Origin: Eledone cirrhosa
Taxonomy: Eukaryota
Length of the DNA stretch: 64,000 nt
Assembly (NCBI GenBank): GCA_964016885.1
Contig: OZ024754.1
Span: 3,720,001-3,784,000, forward strand
Reading direction: 5' to 3'
Shown in pieces: positions 15,590 to 30,473 of this stretch (positions are counted from its first letter, which is position 1; the number at the start of each line of letters is the position of its first letter). Made by a program: the position numbers and the translations under genes. The notes beneath the pieces were generated by a model. It did no database searches. It was given only the letters and a program-made list of their open reading frames with translations, and had not been told where the DNA came from.

Positions 15590-17020
15590 GGCTATATATT
15601 TGTTCAGACATTTCTATATAACACCCATAAAATATATTTTTAAACATTTTGTCTATACGCAGTCCTCAATTCCGGTCCCATCAATTTCCAGGTCTATATA
15701 TTTGGATGCTCACTTTTCACTGTTTGATATCTATCATATATTATCATATATTGGGACATTTTTCGCTGTGTACTGGCACTCTTTTAAGTGCTGTCTCGTT
15801 TCCCATCTCTATATATTATGGGGAATAATTTTATATCACTTCATATCCCTTGGTATTTTATATTGCTGGTCTACCTTCTGGTTTATGAAAGCTTCATCCC
15901 CTGTTTTGCTAGCAGTTATATTCCTCATTTACTAAAACTGGGCAGCGAGAAACAATGCCCTTAATTGTGTCATCCCTACTCTAGGGATTCTTAATGTTTT
16001 CATTACATTATTCCGGTATTTCTTATGAAATAGCTTGATCATGTCCCGATATGAAGAAGGTTTCAGTCTAAGATTTAATTCATAACTAGTATTGGTAAAT
16101 TTCTGTTAATACGTCCATCCTCTCTTCTTTGTTTATAGTGAATTCTCTTATATACATTTCTGAAATTCCATTTCTAGCATGGCTATTCTTTTTTTTTCAC
16201 ATAAACTCTGGACATTTCCCCTACACACCTATGTCTCAGATTCAACATTTATTTTATATTTATTGCAGATAGAAATGTGTTGTTGTTAGTGTTTAAGTCG
16301 CTATTTATATTCATTATATACTAACCAGATATCACTCGATATATTTACAAATAGTAGACGTAACCTCAACATTTTAATATTAGGTACATTTAGCAGAATC
16401 CACTATGTTGCAAAGATTCAGGCTAAGTGTCCAGTTTAAATTTACTCATTTTACATCCCTCAACTAATCTCGACTAATTACTAAATCAAATCTTACATTC
16501 GATATTCTCCCATTATAGTTTTCTAGTTATATAGACACCCAGATACCCTATATATTTGTGTTTGCGAGAAACAATTTTCTATATCCTCGTGTTTCATTTT
16601 TCTGTTTAACTGCATTTAGCGTTAATTTTATGTTTTATAACTACATCATATGACTTGGACAGCTAGAATTAACTGTCTTTTGTATTTAGCTTAATTTGAA
16701 GTGTTAAGCTAATACGTCAATATTTCCTAAACGTCTTTTTTTTTTCATTTGTCTGCGTAACACATTGTCTGGTTCATTGATTTCCAAGTATTAATAAGTC
16801 TGGGTTTCGTCTAATTCTTTTATCTCTCTTTCTATATCTAGCAAGGTATTAGTGTTCTAAATACATTTTTTTTTATGTCTTCTAGATTGGCTTGTCGCAA
16901 TTCTAATCAGATTCTAACATCAATGTCTGTAGTGAATCCGTGTAATGTCTGTAGCAATATTTCATTTATCATCTACTGCGTACAAATTGAGAAGTTCCAT
17001 ATTGAAAACACAGTTGAATT
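15590..17020 (-). mobile_element. decayed R4/Dong-like non-LTR retrotransposon coding relic
   Basis: Minus strand FNMELLNLYAVDDK* (16965-17006; YMDDLKLYA-like), LLQTLHGFTTDIDVRI*LE, EIKELDETQTY*YLEINE...QMKKK (16773-16826; YKYLGI-like), later ALFLAAQ and ETRQHLKEC; many stops and frameshifts; boundaries approximate. Confidence 0.65.
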
Positions 17021-19124
17021 TCCTCCTCCAGTTTTAGTACAACAGTGCAATTATATTAAAATATATTAGTTACATAATTTAACCAAAAAAACAGAAATGT
17101 AATGAAATTTAGGAAGTCACATAAAATATGCCACAAATTCTGTGTCGATTATTCTTATAATTAATGTATTATTGGTGAGTGTGTGCGTTCGCCATTTCCA
17201 TTAATGGAATGGCATACGGCACAACTATCAGAGAACTGCACAAGGTCCTATAACATATCTAATGGTGTTTCTTCACGTTTCCAATGATGTCGTGTTTGTT
17301 TAAATACATCTGATGACAATAATATACAAAACAGTTCAATATTGCGGAAATCAACTACACATGGAATGTAATGTATCTTACTTTACCTGAAATCTAAACA
17401 ACGAACAATAATAAATAAATAGAATATTATTTTAGCGTCAGGTTATCCTGCATATTATATAAAGTTAGAACTGTGTAAAAAACTGCTGTTGTTTAGTCTC
17501 AGATCAGATATGATAACGTGGATCTATGATCGACAGTGTTCTACAAAACTATTCCACCTATTGTTCTTGACACAGAATATATGAGCTTATATTAAGCAAT
17601 ATAACATGAGGCGTATAATAAGAAGACGACCTGCTTGTTACTTTTGTTACTTCTAATTGGTCATGATAGCACACTACATCGTCTCTAAATATGTACCTGT
17701 ATGTATACGTAATTGAGGAAGTTCGTATTATTGCAAGCTGAATAAATACTCGTTAAACTTTCAGTGCATCAATTTGCATAAAAGTAATTAATTCAGTTTC
17801 ATTAAATTATATATTTACACATAGATGATGATTTTACTTTGAGCGCTTGGTTAGTAATTTCGAAGTGGATAACGTCGGTTAAACCGCCCCCGGTATTTGA
17901 ACAGTATTTTATTTAACCGTCCCCGAAAGTTAGAAAAACAAAGTTAACAGGTTTAAGTTTTGAACTCAGAACGTAAATCACCGGAACAAATGTTCTAAAC
18001 ATTTGTCGAACCCGCTAACGACTCTGTTAATTCATCTCCGTTTCCTCCTAAATAATAAAGCCAACTTAATCCATATTTGCCAAGTAAAAACATGAACTTT
18101 CTTTATGATTTACCTCTCAAACATATTATTGCTACAATCATCTGTGAATCACTTTGATTTATTACATTCGAAAACTTCCATATTTTATTCATGATTTTTG
18201 CAGAGAAATTAACTATAGAAAGATATATATCAATCTATATTAGACCATGGTTTAGAAATATTATATAAAGGGGAAAATGAAAAGTGAGAATGAACGCGGT
18301 TCCTTCGTAGAATAGAAGCAGTGCAGGACAGAGATCATCTTCCGATGCAAACACGGCAATATGGTATTTTGGAATGAGATCGTAGGTAACTTCGCTGTTG
18401 ATTAAAGTGAGAAGACTACTATAAATTATATAATGAATATCTGGTTTACAGTTGTTTAACAATCCTCAATCGCCTTCTGCCGTGACGAAAGAAAGTAAAT
18501 AATACAAATATTTCTTGCTCATACTTAAATATATAGTGCTTCAAATTATAATTTGGTTGATTTCTCGTAGAAGTCTACACAGCCGAGGAATATAATGTCT
18601 GTTCTAGAACATGGTGCGTACTTTACTTTATCGGCTCCATTATATTGAGTAGCTACTTGACACCCGGAATATAAGCACTTATATCTGAATGAATGCGACG
18701 AGCATTCTGTTCAATACCCTATCGATGCTGCCAACTGTTTAAAGATAAAATGTAATAAAAAGAAACTTTTGTTTCAGCTTATTTGTTATATTAATTCCAT
18801 AATTTGTTATATTACTGTACATTTTTCTAGAGTGTATATAATTAACTTTATGAGCAAAGATGATTTTGTTGCAAATTCCACTAACGACAAGAGTATCACT
18901 TGTAAAATTAATGATAGTTACCTGGATGTGTTTGTTTTTATAGGCAGGAGGAGAGGGAAGATGGTAAAATAAACGGACAGAACAGAGCATAAATAAACAT
19001 AAACAAGCATAGTGTATAACTGGAATAACAGAGCAATACGATATAGCAAATACGAAGTTTAGCTTCCATTTTTGAAGAGATAAACTGTATGAGGGATGTT
19101 TCTTACTGAACAAAATAAATAAAG

Positions 19125-20330
19125 ATAAACAATGGTGCGATTCCTGCTAATTACTAGAGGAAGACATTCACGATAGAATTTCGAGTTCTTATTTCTCTGC
19201 TTACCATTACATGCAGCTGCATTTCTTTCTGTATCTATCATACTTGTATAATTTAATATCGTCATAAGTTGGCATAGAAAACAGATGGGAAATCTACTTC
19301 TTGTTATACATACAATCAGAATTAAATGTCAGGTAATTATTTGAAAGCTACCTGCATAATGACATAAACAAGTAGGAAAATATGTCTATTAAAACAGACT
19401 ATATATATGCACATGTGTTTTTCTCTGTCTCCAGGTATAATGTTTTTGATTTTCATAACTGTTATCTATAGTGACGAAAAATGATTATGGTCATCTGTGT
19501 TTGGGTGTTGGCTTGAAAGTTAAAATTCTGGTGCCTAAAAGAAATTAGAGACGACTTTCTTTGATCAAAACCGAAGATGGTGACGACCACATTCGAGGTA
19601 CTAGATTACAATTTATGAAGAGATAAAATGTAAGGGAAGGTGGGCGTCTCCTACTTTAAAAATAAAAATTGTTTCTAATTTAGGCACAAGGCTAGCAGTT
19701 TGAAGGGGACGGGAAAGTCGATTAAATCGACCTCAGTGCTTACTGATCCTTATTTTAAACTTGACGAGATTTGAACTGTGAATAATTATAGCAACAATAA
19801 TAATTGCTTCTACTTTTGGCACAATGCCATCGATTATTTTATCGATCCTGTAAGGATGAAAGGCAAAGCTAACCTCGGAAGGATTTGAACTCAGATCATA
19901 AAGGGGCATAACTAAATACTGCAGAGAATTTTGTCCGACGCTCTACCAAAATAATAATTGCTTCTACTTTTGGTACAAGGCCAGCAATTATCCCAGTGTA
20001 TTACTGGTACTTTATTTTATCGACCCCGTAGGGATGAAAGGCAAAGTTAACCTCGGCGGAATTTGAACTCAGACCATAAAGGGCCGTAACTCATTGTTAT
20101 AAGGCCTGGCGTCAGACCCTCTACCGATACTGCCAATCCACTGCCCTATATAGCAACAATAATAATAAACAATGGTTTCCTTTGTGCGAAGATTAGGGGA
20201 AAGCGTTTCACAATAGAATTCCCGGTTCTTATTTCTCTGCTTGCCATTACAGGTAACTGCATTTGTTTCTGTAACTATCCCACCTGGATGATGTCGTATT
20301 GTCATAAGGTGATCCATATCGTCATAAGTG
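19125..20330. repeat. two diverged direct copies (about 19125-19270 and 20165-20330) of an unclassified repeat
   Basis: Both contain aaacaatggt...atagaatt...gttcttatttctctgctt.ccattaca...ctgcattt.tttctgta.ctatc. Confidence 0.7.
19665..20141 (-). mobile_element. tandem trimer of Deu/Nin-like SINEs
   Basis: Copies at about 19665-19780, 19798-19948 and 19951-20141, separated by (aat)n. Confidence 0.8.
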
Positions 20331-20404
20331 ATGCAGTAATTGATTTTACGAAGGTCATGTGCATTTTCCAACATGTATTGTTTATGGTCCCGTTATTTTA
20401 TTTA

Positions 20405-20790
20405 CAGCATATATCTAGGCGGGTACAATTCACACGATCCACGGACGAATTCTCTCCAGCGGTCTCTGTCCCTCATTATCGCTACCATGTCCTGCGTCTC
20501 CAAGAGACCAGTGTCTGTCCTGAGGGTATTAACATATGTTAACTTCGGTCTTCCATTTCCAGTGTGTTCATGCATGGGTTCCCACAGGAGCACTGAGTGC
20601 AGTGTCAACTCTGGATGTCGGTGAGCCTGCCCAGCTAACCACAGTCTCCTCTGTGCTACTTTCCAGTTGATTTTTGGGAGGCACCCGCACAGCTCTGAGT
20701 TCTTCATCCTCGTTGCTGTAGTGGAGACTGTGCTGCTGTACGGGTCTGAGACTTGGACACTGACCAAGAAACTCACTCAGATGGTGGATA
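20405..20790 (-). mobile_element. RTE-clade LINE 3' fragment with 5' inversion
   Basis: Minus 20710-20405 encodes RMKNSEL...QRRLWLAGQAHRHPE...GRPKLTYVNTLRTDTGL...MRDRDRWRE; plus 20705-20789 encodes VAVVETVLLYGSETWTLTKKLTQMVD. Confidence 0.85.
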
Positions 20791-20849
20791 TATATAACGA
20801 AGGAAGTGTGGTAAGGAACTAGGTGGACCATAACGTACCAGAGTACTCG

Positions 20850-20884
<35 letters not shown>

Positions 20885-21103
20885 CATATATATATCAAGG
20901 ATCTAATACATTTCATGTTTCTTTCATCCAACACTATTTGTTATATATATTTACACTTACATATATTTAGTAAGCCTTTTGTATGACAGCCTTTCAACTG
21001 TAAGTATGGCCTTTTGAGGCCATTAAAGAAGGCATTATCATTTTCATCATTATCATCATCACCAACATATAACAATAACCATTATTATTATTATTATTAT
21101 TAC

Positions 21104-21142
<39 letters not shown>

Positions 21143-21537
21143 GATTATCATTGTCATCATTATTATCATTATTATTATTCAGTGGCCATTTTGCATATAT
21201 CGATTTCCGAATATTTTTATCTTTTATATTATGGTATACTCAATACCAGATAATTGATTTTTCTTCTTCTAATTTTAAATATCGACCATCTAACTATACT
21301 CTTCTCGAAATTGCTCAGACACCCCGATCTCGAATGCACACACTCTTACACATGAATACACGCACACACATGCATATATATGTATGTATGTATAGATTTT
21401 GAATATAAATATATATACGTATATACATACATACACACACTTACACACATATATATGTTATATGTATATATATGCATATTTATAGATGTATATATATAAA
21501 TATGTGTGTGTATATATGTGTGTGCGTATCTATATAC

Positions 21538-21587
<50 letters not shown>

Positions 21588-22925
21588 AGGAGAGAAGAAA
21601 CAATGAAATAAGAGACTACAATAACATGAATTTTATTTATATATATATATATATATGGTCTTACACATATACTCACAAATGCATGTACACACACATATAC
21701 TTACAATAATACACACTTAAGCACATACACAGAGGAAAACATCCGTAGATTGATATATAAATATATTTCCAAATATCTGTATCTTTTATTTCATTTGATG
21801 AAATAGTTTCTCAGATTCTAGGCTTATGTAAAATCATTTTACCATTTGGTTTTATTCTCTATTTTCTAGATATCGATAAAAATGTCACTTTTCGATGGAA
21901 GGTTGGGTCGGTAAAATATCTATAAAGTTTTAGGATTCCTTTATTTCATGTCACTTTCTTCGAATCAATTAAACAAAAATAAATATAATATGAAAATATA
22001 AAATATAGTAAAATAAATATATTAAAAAATAAACTCAATAATTTGGAGGGGTTGATATATTTTTTAATTTATGTATATTGATTAAATATTTATTTTACAT
22101 ATATTGATTTGTAAATCTTTTGAAATGTTATTTTCCCTTGTACTTTAAAATTCATTTCTTTTAGATTTCATTAGAGATATTTCAAGTTCGAAAGTTTTAC
22201 TAGGTATTTTTTTTTTTATAATTTTACATAATTTTACAAATGTATTTTCTTTCTCAGAAGGAATTAATACTATTTTATTACAATCTTGGAATTCGCATGA
22301 AATTGTCTTAATGCATATATTATCCTAAAAATTCTCTAGTAGCTGCCCTTCTTGAAAACTAGAATCGATGTTCCGATTCTGTTCAATTTTACATAAAACA
22401 TAAATATATATTTTCATGTTATGTTCCTGGCTATTTTGTTTTTCATCTTCTCTTAATATTTACATTTTAAAACTTTATATTTTACAATTATGCACGGACT
22501 AATAATATTCAAAATAAAAATTCATGATGAGTTTAAATAAGCAAGAATCGGAAATTTTAATATTATTAGAGAAATAAAAGCAAAGCTTACTTTGTATCTG
22601 AACGTAAAATACATAGCAGATGTCGTTATATTTATCTTAGCTGTTTTGTTTTGTTCATCGTTATGTAACTCTGTGTTGTTTTGATCTTACGTTGGACTTT
22701 TCTTAAAATATGTTTTTCGTTATGTAAGATAATAAATGAAACGAATCAACATCATTAATGAGTAACATAACTATAGCTATATTTTCTTATGTGAACCGAG
22801 TTTCATTTCCCAAACCAAATATATACCGGATATACACAGACCCCGACCCCACACCAATAGATATATATATATACATACATACATATATAAATATATATAC
22901 ACATACTTACATATACATATATATA

Positions 22926-22975
<50 letters not shown>

Positions 22976-23047
22976 CATACATATATATACGTATATATAT
23001 ATTCATTTATATATGCATATATATATATATACGTATATATGTATATG

Positions 23048-23093
<46 letters not shown>

Positions 23094-23127
23094 TGTGTGT
23101 TTGTGTGTGTATGTGTACACATACATG

Positions 23128-23159
<32 letters not shown>

Positions 23160-23562
23160 ATATATGTGTGTGTGTGTGTCTGTGTGCGTGTGTGTGTGCA
23201 TGTGTGTGTATATGTGTGTGTGTATAAATATGTTTCAATATTCGTTTAATATACTAAGATCACCTATGCACAGCTGCTGAACAAATCTGTATATCAGCCG
23301 CTTCTAAATGAAGCAATATTTATGAATTTTAAACAACGACTCTATTCCACCTACAGCCGAATTGACACCAATATGGAAGCTTCTCAATCAATTCATTTTT
23401 ATCCATCATTAAGCTCTATAAGTGCTAACACATAGGGTACGGTTTATTTTGAATACATATTTGTATATTATAGATTTAACTCAATGCAATATGTTCCTGA
23501 GACATTGATAACACTATAACAGAACGTCGTCTTAGCATAATTTTCTTTTAATATTGGCAGCA

Positions 23563-23760
23563 ACTGTGGAGGGTCGGACAACATGCTGTATGGCATAGAG
23601 TTTCGGTCCTTTACAATTTGAGTTATAATCCTGACGACGTTAGCTTTGCCTTTCATTCTTACGGGGTCGATAATGAAAAATACCAGTCATGTAATGCGGT
23701 CGATTTAACCGACTTTCCTCTCCCCCAAAATTGTTGGCCTTATGCCTAAATTAGAAAGGA
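23563..23760 (+). mobile_element. diverged Deu/Nin-like SINE
   Basis: ttggcagcaactgtggagggtcggac...gcctttcattcttacggggtcgataa...ggccttatgcctaaa. Confidence 0.75.
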
Positions 23761-24179
23761 ACATTAAATTAATAAAATTTACTAATTTAATTAAATAACA
23801 TTCATCCACTCAACTGGTTGTGGATTTAGTTTATTTAACTAATTTAGGGAACACCATTTATACCATATTGTTTGGTGGAAATTGTTCAGTGCATGATTCT
23901 TTCAAACATTAATGTGATATCTTAATCCACTTAGTTTATTATGCAATAACAACATGCTGCTTCGACCGTCTCTGGGTCACAAACATAACACACTTTTTCT
24001 TCTCTTTTTTTTCTTTGCTTTTTTCCTTAAAGCCCTTTGGAATGTGTTTACCATCATTCTGTTCATATACATCTATTATGCAATTTACACCTGAAGATGT
24101 CATCGCAACCTGGCCACTGAAAAGTGCTTGCAGAAATCTAGCGTCCTGTCATTTTACTTTATAATTATATACATATATT

Positions 24180-24310
24180 GATGTCCTAATGAGAGACACT
24201 TGTCTTTTGGAGACGCATGACATGGCAGCGATAATGAGGGACAGAGACCGCTGGAGAGAACTCGTCCATGGATCTCGGGAATTTTTCGGGAATTTTACCC
24301 GCCCTAGATA
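24180..24310 (+). mobile_element. RTE LINE 3' end (same family as 20405-20710)
   Basis: ggagacgcatgacatggcagcgataatgagggacagagaccgctggagagaa...cccgccctagata followed by (TA)n. Confidence 0.8.
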
Positions 24311-24888
24311 GATATATATATATACACACACACATACACATATATATATATATTGTGAGAGAGCGAGAATGCAGGAATACTGAGACGAAAATATTCAGTA
24401 CAGCATCCTTCTTCCACATTTCAATTATAAGCTCTTAGGGGACCTGAACTTATAATAGAAAATAAATACTTGTCCAAGGATCCGTAAAGAAGAACTGAAC
24501 TCGAAACTGAACGATTTCCAAGCGAACTCCTTTGACTACACAAACATGTCTTGTCTATACTTTTAAGTTTCGGGAATTCAAAATATATTATTATTCATTG
24601 CGCCGAGTAGCTAGATGATTCCCTTTGTTTAGAAGAATACTGTCGCTCGAGTTGCCTTAAGTTACTTCGAAATGTTATAAAAGCTTCATCTATGACAGAT
24701 GATAGACCAAACTAAGATATAAAATAAATCAAACGAGAAATTAATTTAACTTTCAAGATTAAAGCAAATCCATAAGTGACATGAGACAAGAACCTTTTCC
24801 TTGTAAATAGGTTTTTATTTAATAACTTTTTTTTATTATTAAAGCTATATATCTATATATATCTACAAAATAATATATATACATACAA

Positions 24889-24970
<82 letters not shown>

Positions 24971-27949
24971 ATGATTGTGTGTTTATATCTGCTCTCTCTC
25001 TCTCTCTGTGTTCACACACACACACATATATATATACATACAAGTATATACATAAATTTAAGATTTCAGTTCAACAATGAAGAAACTGTGGCTACTATCT
25101 TACAGTTTTGGTTTTGATTTGTATTTATTTTTTCCATCTTATTATTATTTTTTTTAAGTTTTAGTCAATATTATCTGATGGAACTTTAATTTTTACAATT
25201 CTATATCTTCCCCCGCCCATTAACTTACATTTTTTATTCTTATTTTTATGTTTTTATTTTCCTTCTAACACCATTAATTCTCTTCTTACTCATATTTCTA
25301 GATTCCTTCTCAATTTTCTCTTGTTGCCTTTTATTTCACAGTTTCTACTTTAGCTATTCATATCTTTTACTTTCCCACCACCAACACACCTGCTTTAAGA
25401 TCTGCTCACTCATTTCCCATTTACTCTCAGGCCTATTGGTTATTTCTTATAAGCTTCTATCTCCATTTTTACCATATTCCTTCTATTCTTTCATTTAATA
25501 TTCGTTTTTTTTTTTATGTCAATTACATCTCGCAGAAAACTTCAATTCCTCATAGCTATTTTACTCACATCTTTTCATCTTGATTTTTCTTTATACAATT
25601 ATTTATTTTAATATTTCATACAGCCGCCTTCTTTTGCTTTTCTTCCCCTTCTGTACCTCTACTTCTTTCCAAATCTTTCTCTCACTGTCTCTCTCATTCT
25701 TTCGCTCTCATTCTCCCCCACTCTCTCTATCTTTCTGTCTGTCTCGTTCTTCCTCTCTCACTCTACCTCTTACACATGTTCAATCTTTCCTCTCCTTCTT
25801 TCCTACTGTCCGTGTCTTTTTTCATGTTTCTTTAGCTTTCTTTTCCCCCCTCTCTATCTCATTACTTCTCTCCATTTCAGCTTTCCCACCACTTCCCCTT
25901 CTAGCATACTCTTCTCTCCCCGCTCCGCATTTTCTCAATCAATCTTTCTATATCTATCCCCTAACCTCACTGGTTTTCTGTTTCCTTTATTGATTTTTCA
26001 ACTTATACTCTCCATGTTTCCTCACTCCAACTGGAAGAAGGTGATGCGTGTCCATTGATCAATGGATTGAGAAGAGAAAAATTCCTGCAGAAAGTGTCAG
26101 GATTCCGAGTGGAACGTGTCAAATTCAATCTTCCTTTTCCCGAATGTTTTGAACCGTTCAAAGTTTTAGGGAAAGTAGCTACACCCGGAGGCTGTCGAAT
26201 CATTCTTAGCATCACCGACTTCAAGCATCACAAACACCCACTCACTCGCTTATCAATATTTGCACCATCATTAGCGGCAGGAAAAGCCCCATCGTCGTCA
26301 TCGCCATTACACACTGACTATTACCATCAGCAAGTAATGTTTTAAAAAATATACAACAAGAAACAAATAACAACCATCAAGAGAATGCAGATAGAGAGGA
26401 AGAGGAGAAGAGAAAAAGCAGAGTACAATTAAAAGAACAAAGGTGTGAGAAGCAACAGTATTATCAGATCTACAATTATAGTAAAGAGTTACGCTGTCGC
26501 AAGTAGGAATTGGAATGTTATAATTAGCATCATACTGCTTTCAATATGGCTGTAGATATAAAATATCTTCGTAACAAAGCTAACGCAAATCTCCATTATC
26601 GTCTTTTGTTCCACCATTTTGTCGTCTTTCAGAAGAAGGTCTATTAACATAATAATTAATATCAGCTAGCTATGCCAACAGCATATATGCCACTGTTAAA
26701 AAGAACAATGGAATAGAACATCTATCGTTGGTTCTACGAAGCTATTTCTGGTGGAAGTTAAAATATATGTTGATTTTTTTATTTGTATAAATTTCATTAG
26801 TTTATGTAAATATTTAGTAAATATATCTAGAACATCTATTTAGTAAAAATAACTAGAACATGTATTTGCCTAGTGATAAAACTAGTCAAAACAAATTTTC
26901 ATTGACGAAGATTTTCTGTAGACCAGAAGACATTGTTGATACAAATTTCAGACACGTTCTATATTTTAATAGCTCTTATAATTTCTAATGATTTTTAAAA
27001 TAATTATATCTGAAACATTTGGGTTTATTCTTTTAGGTATATTTTCATAATTCATTATTGTTTGAAGATCAAGGATCGTGTGTTTGAACGTAATTGTTTG
27101 TGGTTGCGTTAAGATTACGACACAATAAAAGACGGATTTCCTTTATACGTTATAACCTTCCAGCCGATATATATATATATATATATATATGGTGCTTATC
27201 GTATAGAGAATTAGAACAAATTAATGGTATACATTCCAGTCTGTTCTATATGTTCAATTTGATTTACAAGTTATGGTTGAGCAGTTATGATTATCAAAGC
27301 TTTTTGCCATACCTATGATACGTAGATATCAAACAAAACACCATACTGGGTGCCATATTAGTGAGTGTTGTTACTCTGGATTTTCGCCTGTTTATCACAG
27401 GTTCCTCAGATGTGAAATCTAACGACACTGTGATAAAGAGTTGAAACTTCAGATTAACAAGACTCACTATTAAGCCATAATAAAACTTTACCTCGGTATT
27501 GAGTACACTTTTCTCTTTTCTCCCAGCCCTCAACCAGAGACGGATATATATATATATATATATATACACACAGACACCATATTCCTTTTCTTTACACAAT
27601 TACTTATAAAATTTCATACTGCCGCCTTCTTTTGATTATATATATATATATATACATATATAGGTGCGTGTACGTGCATTATATGTTATATATATCTTGA
27701 TTGATTGGTACTTATATGTCACAGAGACAACAGCTAATTCATAAAACCTGTGAATTCGCCGATGGCTCGGCGAAAAACAAGTAGCTATCACTCAAGATAC
27801 ATATTACATATAGTAAATAGGATTCTGCCATGTGCATGAAGTCAACTCATTACTAGATATTTATGTTATTTTTAGACATATGAATCTACAATCCAGCATT
27901 AGCACTTACACAAGCACACACACACAAACAGACAAAGACACTCACCACA

Positions 27950-28074
<125 letters not shown>

Positions 28075-28983
28075 GGCAGCATAAAGTAACACAGAGACGC
28101 CAAGGCAGTGGCTTACGAAGACAGACGTTCTATTTCAGAACTAATTATTGATTAGGAAATCTGCTGGATCGATTTCTCCTTTTCCCAGCTATCTTTACGA
28201 TACAGATACCTCATGTAATATTTACTCCATCAATTTCTTCGTAAGAAAATGAAAAAAAAAACAAAAAAAAAACGTAAAACAAAACGTAACACAAAACGTA
28301 AAACAAAACGTAAAACGAAAAACCGAAATGTCAGAATGTGAAAAAGAGAAACAGCTCTACTAGACTCGTTATCAAGATGACAGAGGTGGTGGCGTCGATT
28401 GTTCGATTCTTGATGTTGTTTTTGTTGTTGTTGTTGTTGTTGATGATGATGCCATTACCATCATCATCGTTGATGATAATGATGAAAAAAGCTGTTTATG
28501 TCATTGGTGAAAATAATGGTGGTGTAGTGAACATTTCGCTGAAACTGATGATGCTGATGAGAAAAGTGATGCTTTTTTTTTTTGCTTTTTTGTTGTTTAA
28601 TGCTGATGGTGCTGGCTGATGGTGCTGATGATGTTAAGAAGAAGAAATATGTATATAGCACATTATTTCAAATTCACAGACAGTGTCTTTCTTTAGAAAT
28701 TTGATAACGTAAGAGTTAAGATAGTACACGATAAAAAAATGTCCCCATTTGATAATCTAGGGGAGGTATGTTTAGTTGGTGTAGAAAATCATCTGTATTA
28801 AACCTACCTTACCTGGAAGGGCAAGTAAAGCCTAAGAGCATAGCACCTTCTAGCGGATATATTGCACAAACCTAAAGGTGACGTAATCGAGTATGGTAAA
28901 TTTCTCCTCCTTCATCATCATCATCACCTTCAGCATCATTATCAACTTGTTTTTTTATCAACCTTATGATGATGATGATGATA

Positions 28984-29050
<67 letters not shown>

Positions 29051-29329
29051 TCACTACCACACACAACCGCCACTACAACCATCATCGTCACCACCACCCT
29101 CAGTAACACAACGACCACAAAAACGAAGCCCAAAACCACCACGCCACCACCACCACACACCACCACCACCGCCACCACCGCCACCACACACCACCACCAC
29201 CACCACCACACACCACCACCACAACCACACACCACCGCCACCATCACCACCACCACCACCATCATCATCGCCACCACCACCCTCACTAACACAAGGGCCA
29301 CAATAAGGAGGGCCAACACCACCAACCAT

Positions 29330-30040
29330 CACCACCACCATCATCGTCACCACCACCACCACCCTCACTATCACAATGACGACAATACGGAAGGCCAACA
29401 ACACCAACCACCACCACCACCCTCACTAACACAATGACCAAAATACGGAAGACCAACCACTAGCACCAACCACCACCACAACCACCACCACCCTCACAAC
29501 ACAATGACCACAATACGGAAGACCAACAACACCAACCACCACCACCACCACCACCACCTTCACTAACACAATGACCACAATACGGAAGACCAACAACACC
29601 AACCACCACAACCACCACCACCCTCACAACACAATGACCACAATACGGAAGACCAACAACACCAACCACCACCACCACCACCACCTTCACTAACACAATG
29701 ACCACAATACGGAAGACCAACAACACCAACCACCACAACCACCACCACCCTCACAACACAATGACCACAATACGGAAGACCAACAACACCAACCACCACC
29801 ACCACCACTACCTTCACTAACATAATGACCACAATACGGAAGACCAACAACACCAACCACCACAACCACCACCACCCTCACAACACAATGACCACAATAC
29901 GGAAGACCAACAACACCAACCACCACCACCACCACCACCCTCACTAACACAATGACCACAATACGGAAGACCAACAACACCAACCACCACCACCACCAAC
30001 ACAATGACCACAATACGGAAGGCCAACAACACCACAACCA
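29330..30040. repeat. CAC-rich minisatellite, about 61-67-bp monomers alternating in a 127-bp dimer
   Basis: About 11 copies of acaatgaccacaatacggaagaccaac; monomers alternate cctcacaac and cttcactaac; near-identical ORFs start at 29611, 29738 and 29865. Confidence 0.9.
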
Positions 30041-30262
30041 TCACCATCATCCTAGTATTTTTGTTGAGATATTCTGCAGAACTTTAATCGCCATTATACT
30101 TCTATGTCTGCCGTAACTAAGGAACTAATACAGAAGATATTTCAAGACAATAGATGTTTTCTTTTACTCTCTTTCATCTTCTAATTACACTCACATTTCT
30201 TAAACCTCATTTTGTCATTTATTTATTTATTCATTTTCTTTATTTTCTTTACTATTGTTTCA

Positions 30263-30297
<35 letters not shown>

Positions 30298-30415
30298 TGC
30301 AGTCTTTTGTTTTTCTTTGTCACAATTTTCTTCTTTCCAATTTAATTTTTTTTCTTCCAATCAAAACTTCTTTATTTATTTTCTTTCTTAAAATTGACGA
30401 AACAGAAGCAGCATC

Positions 30416-30473
<58 letters not shown>

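Noticed and set aside
29330-30040. Regularly spaced repeats resembling a CRISPR array, or a mucin/extensin-like ORF
   Set aside because: Spacers are not unique, the context is eukaryotic, there are no cas genes, and frames are interrupted by stops
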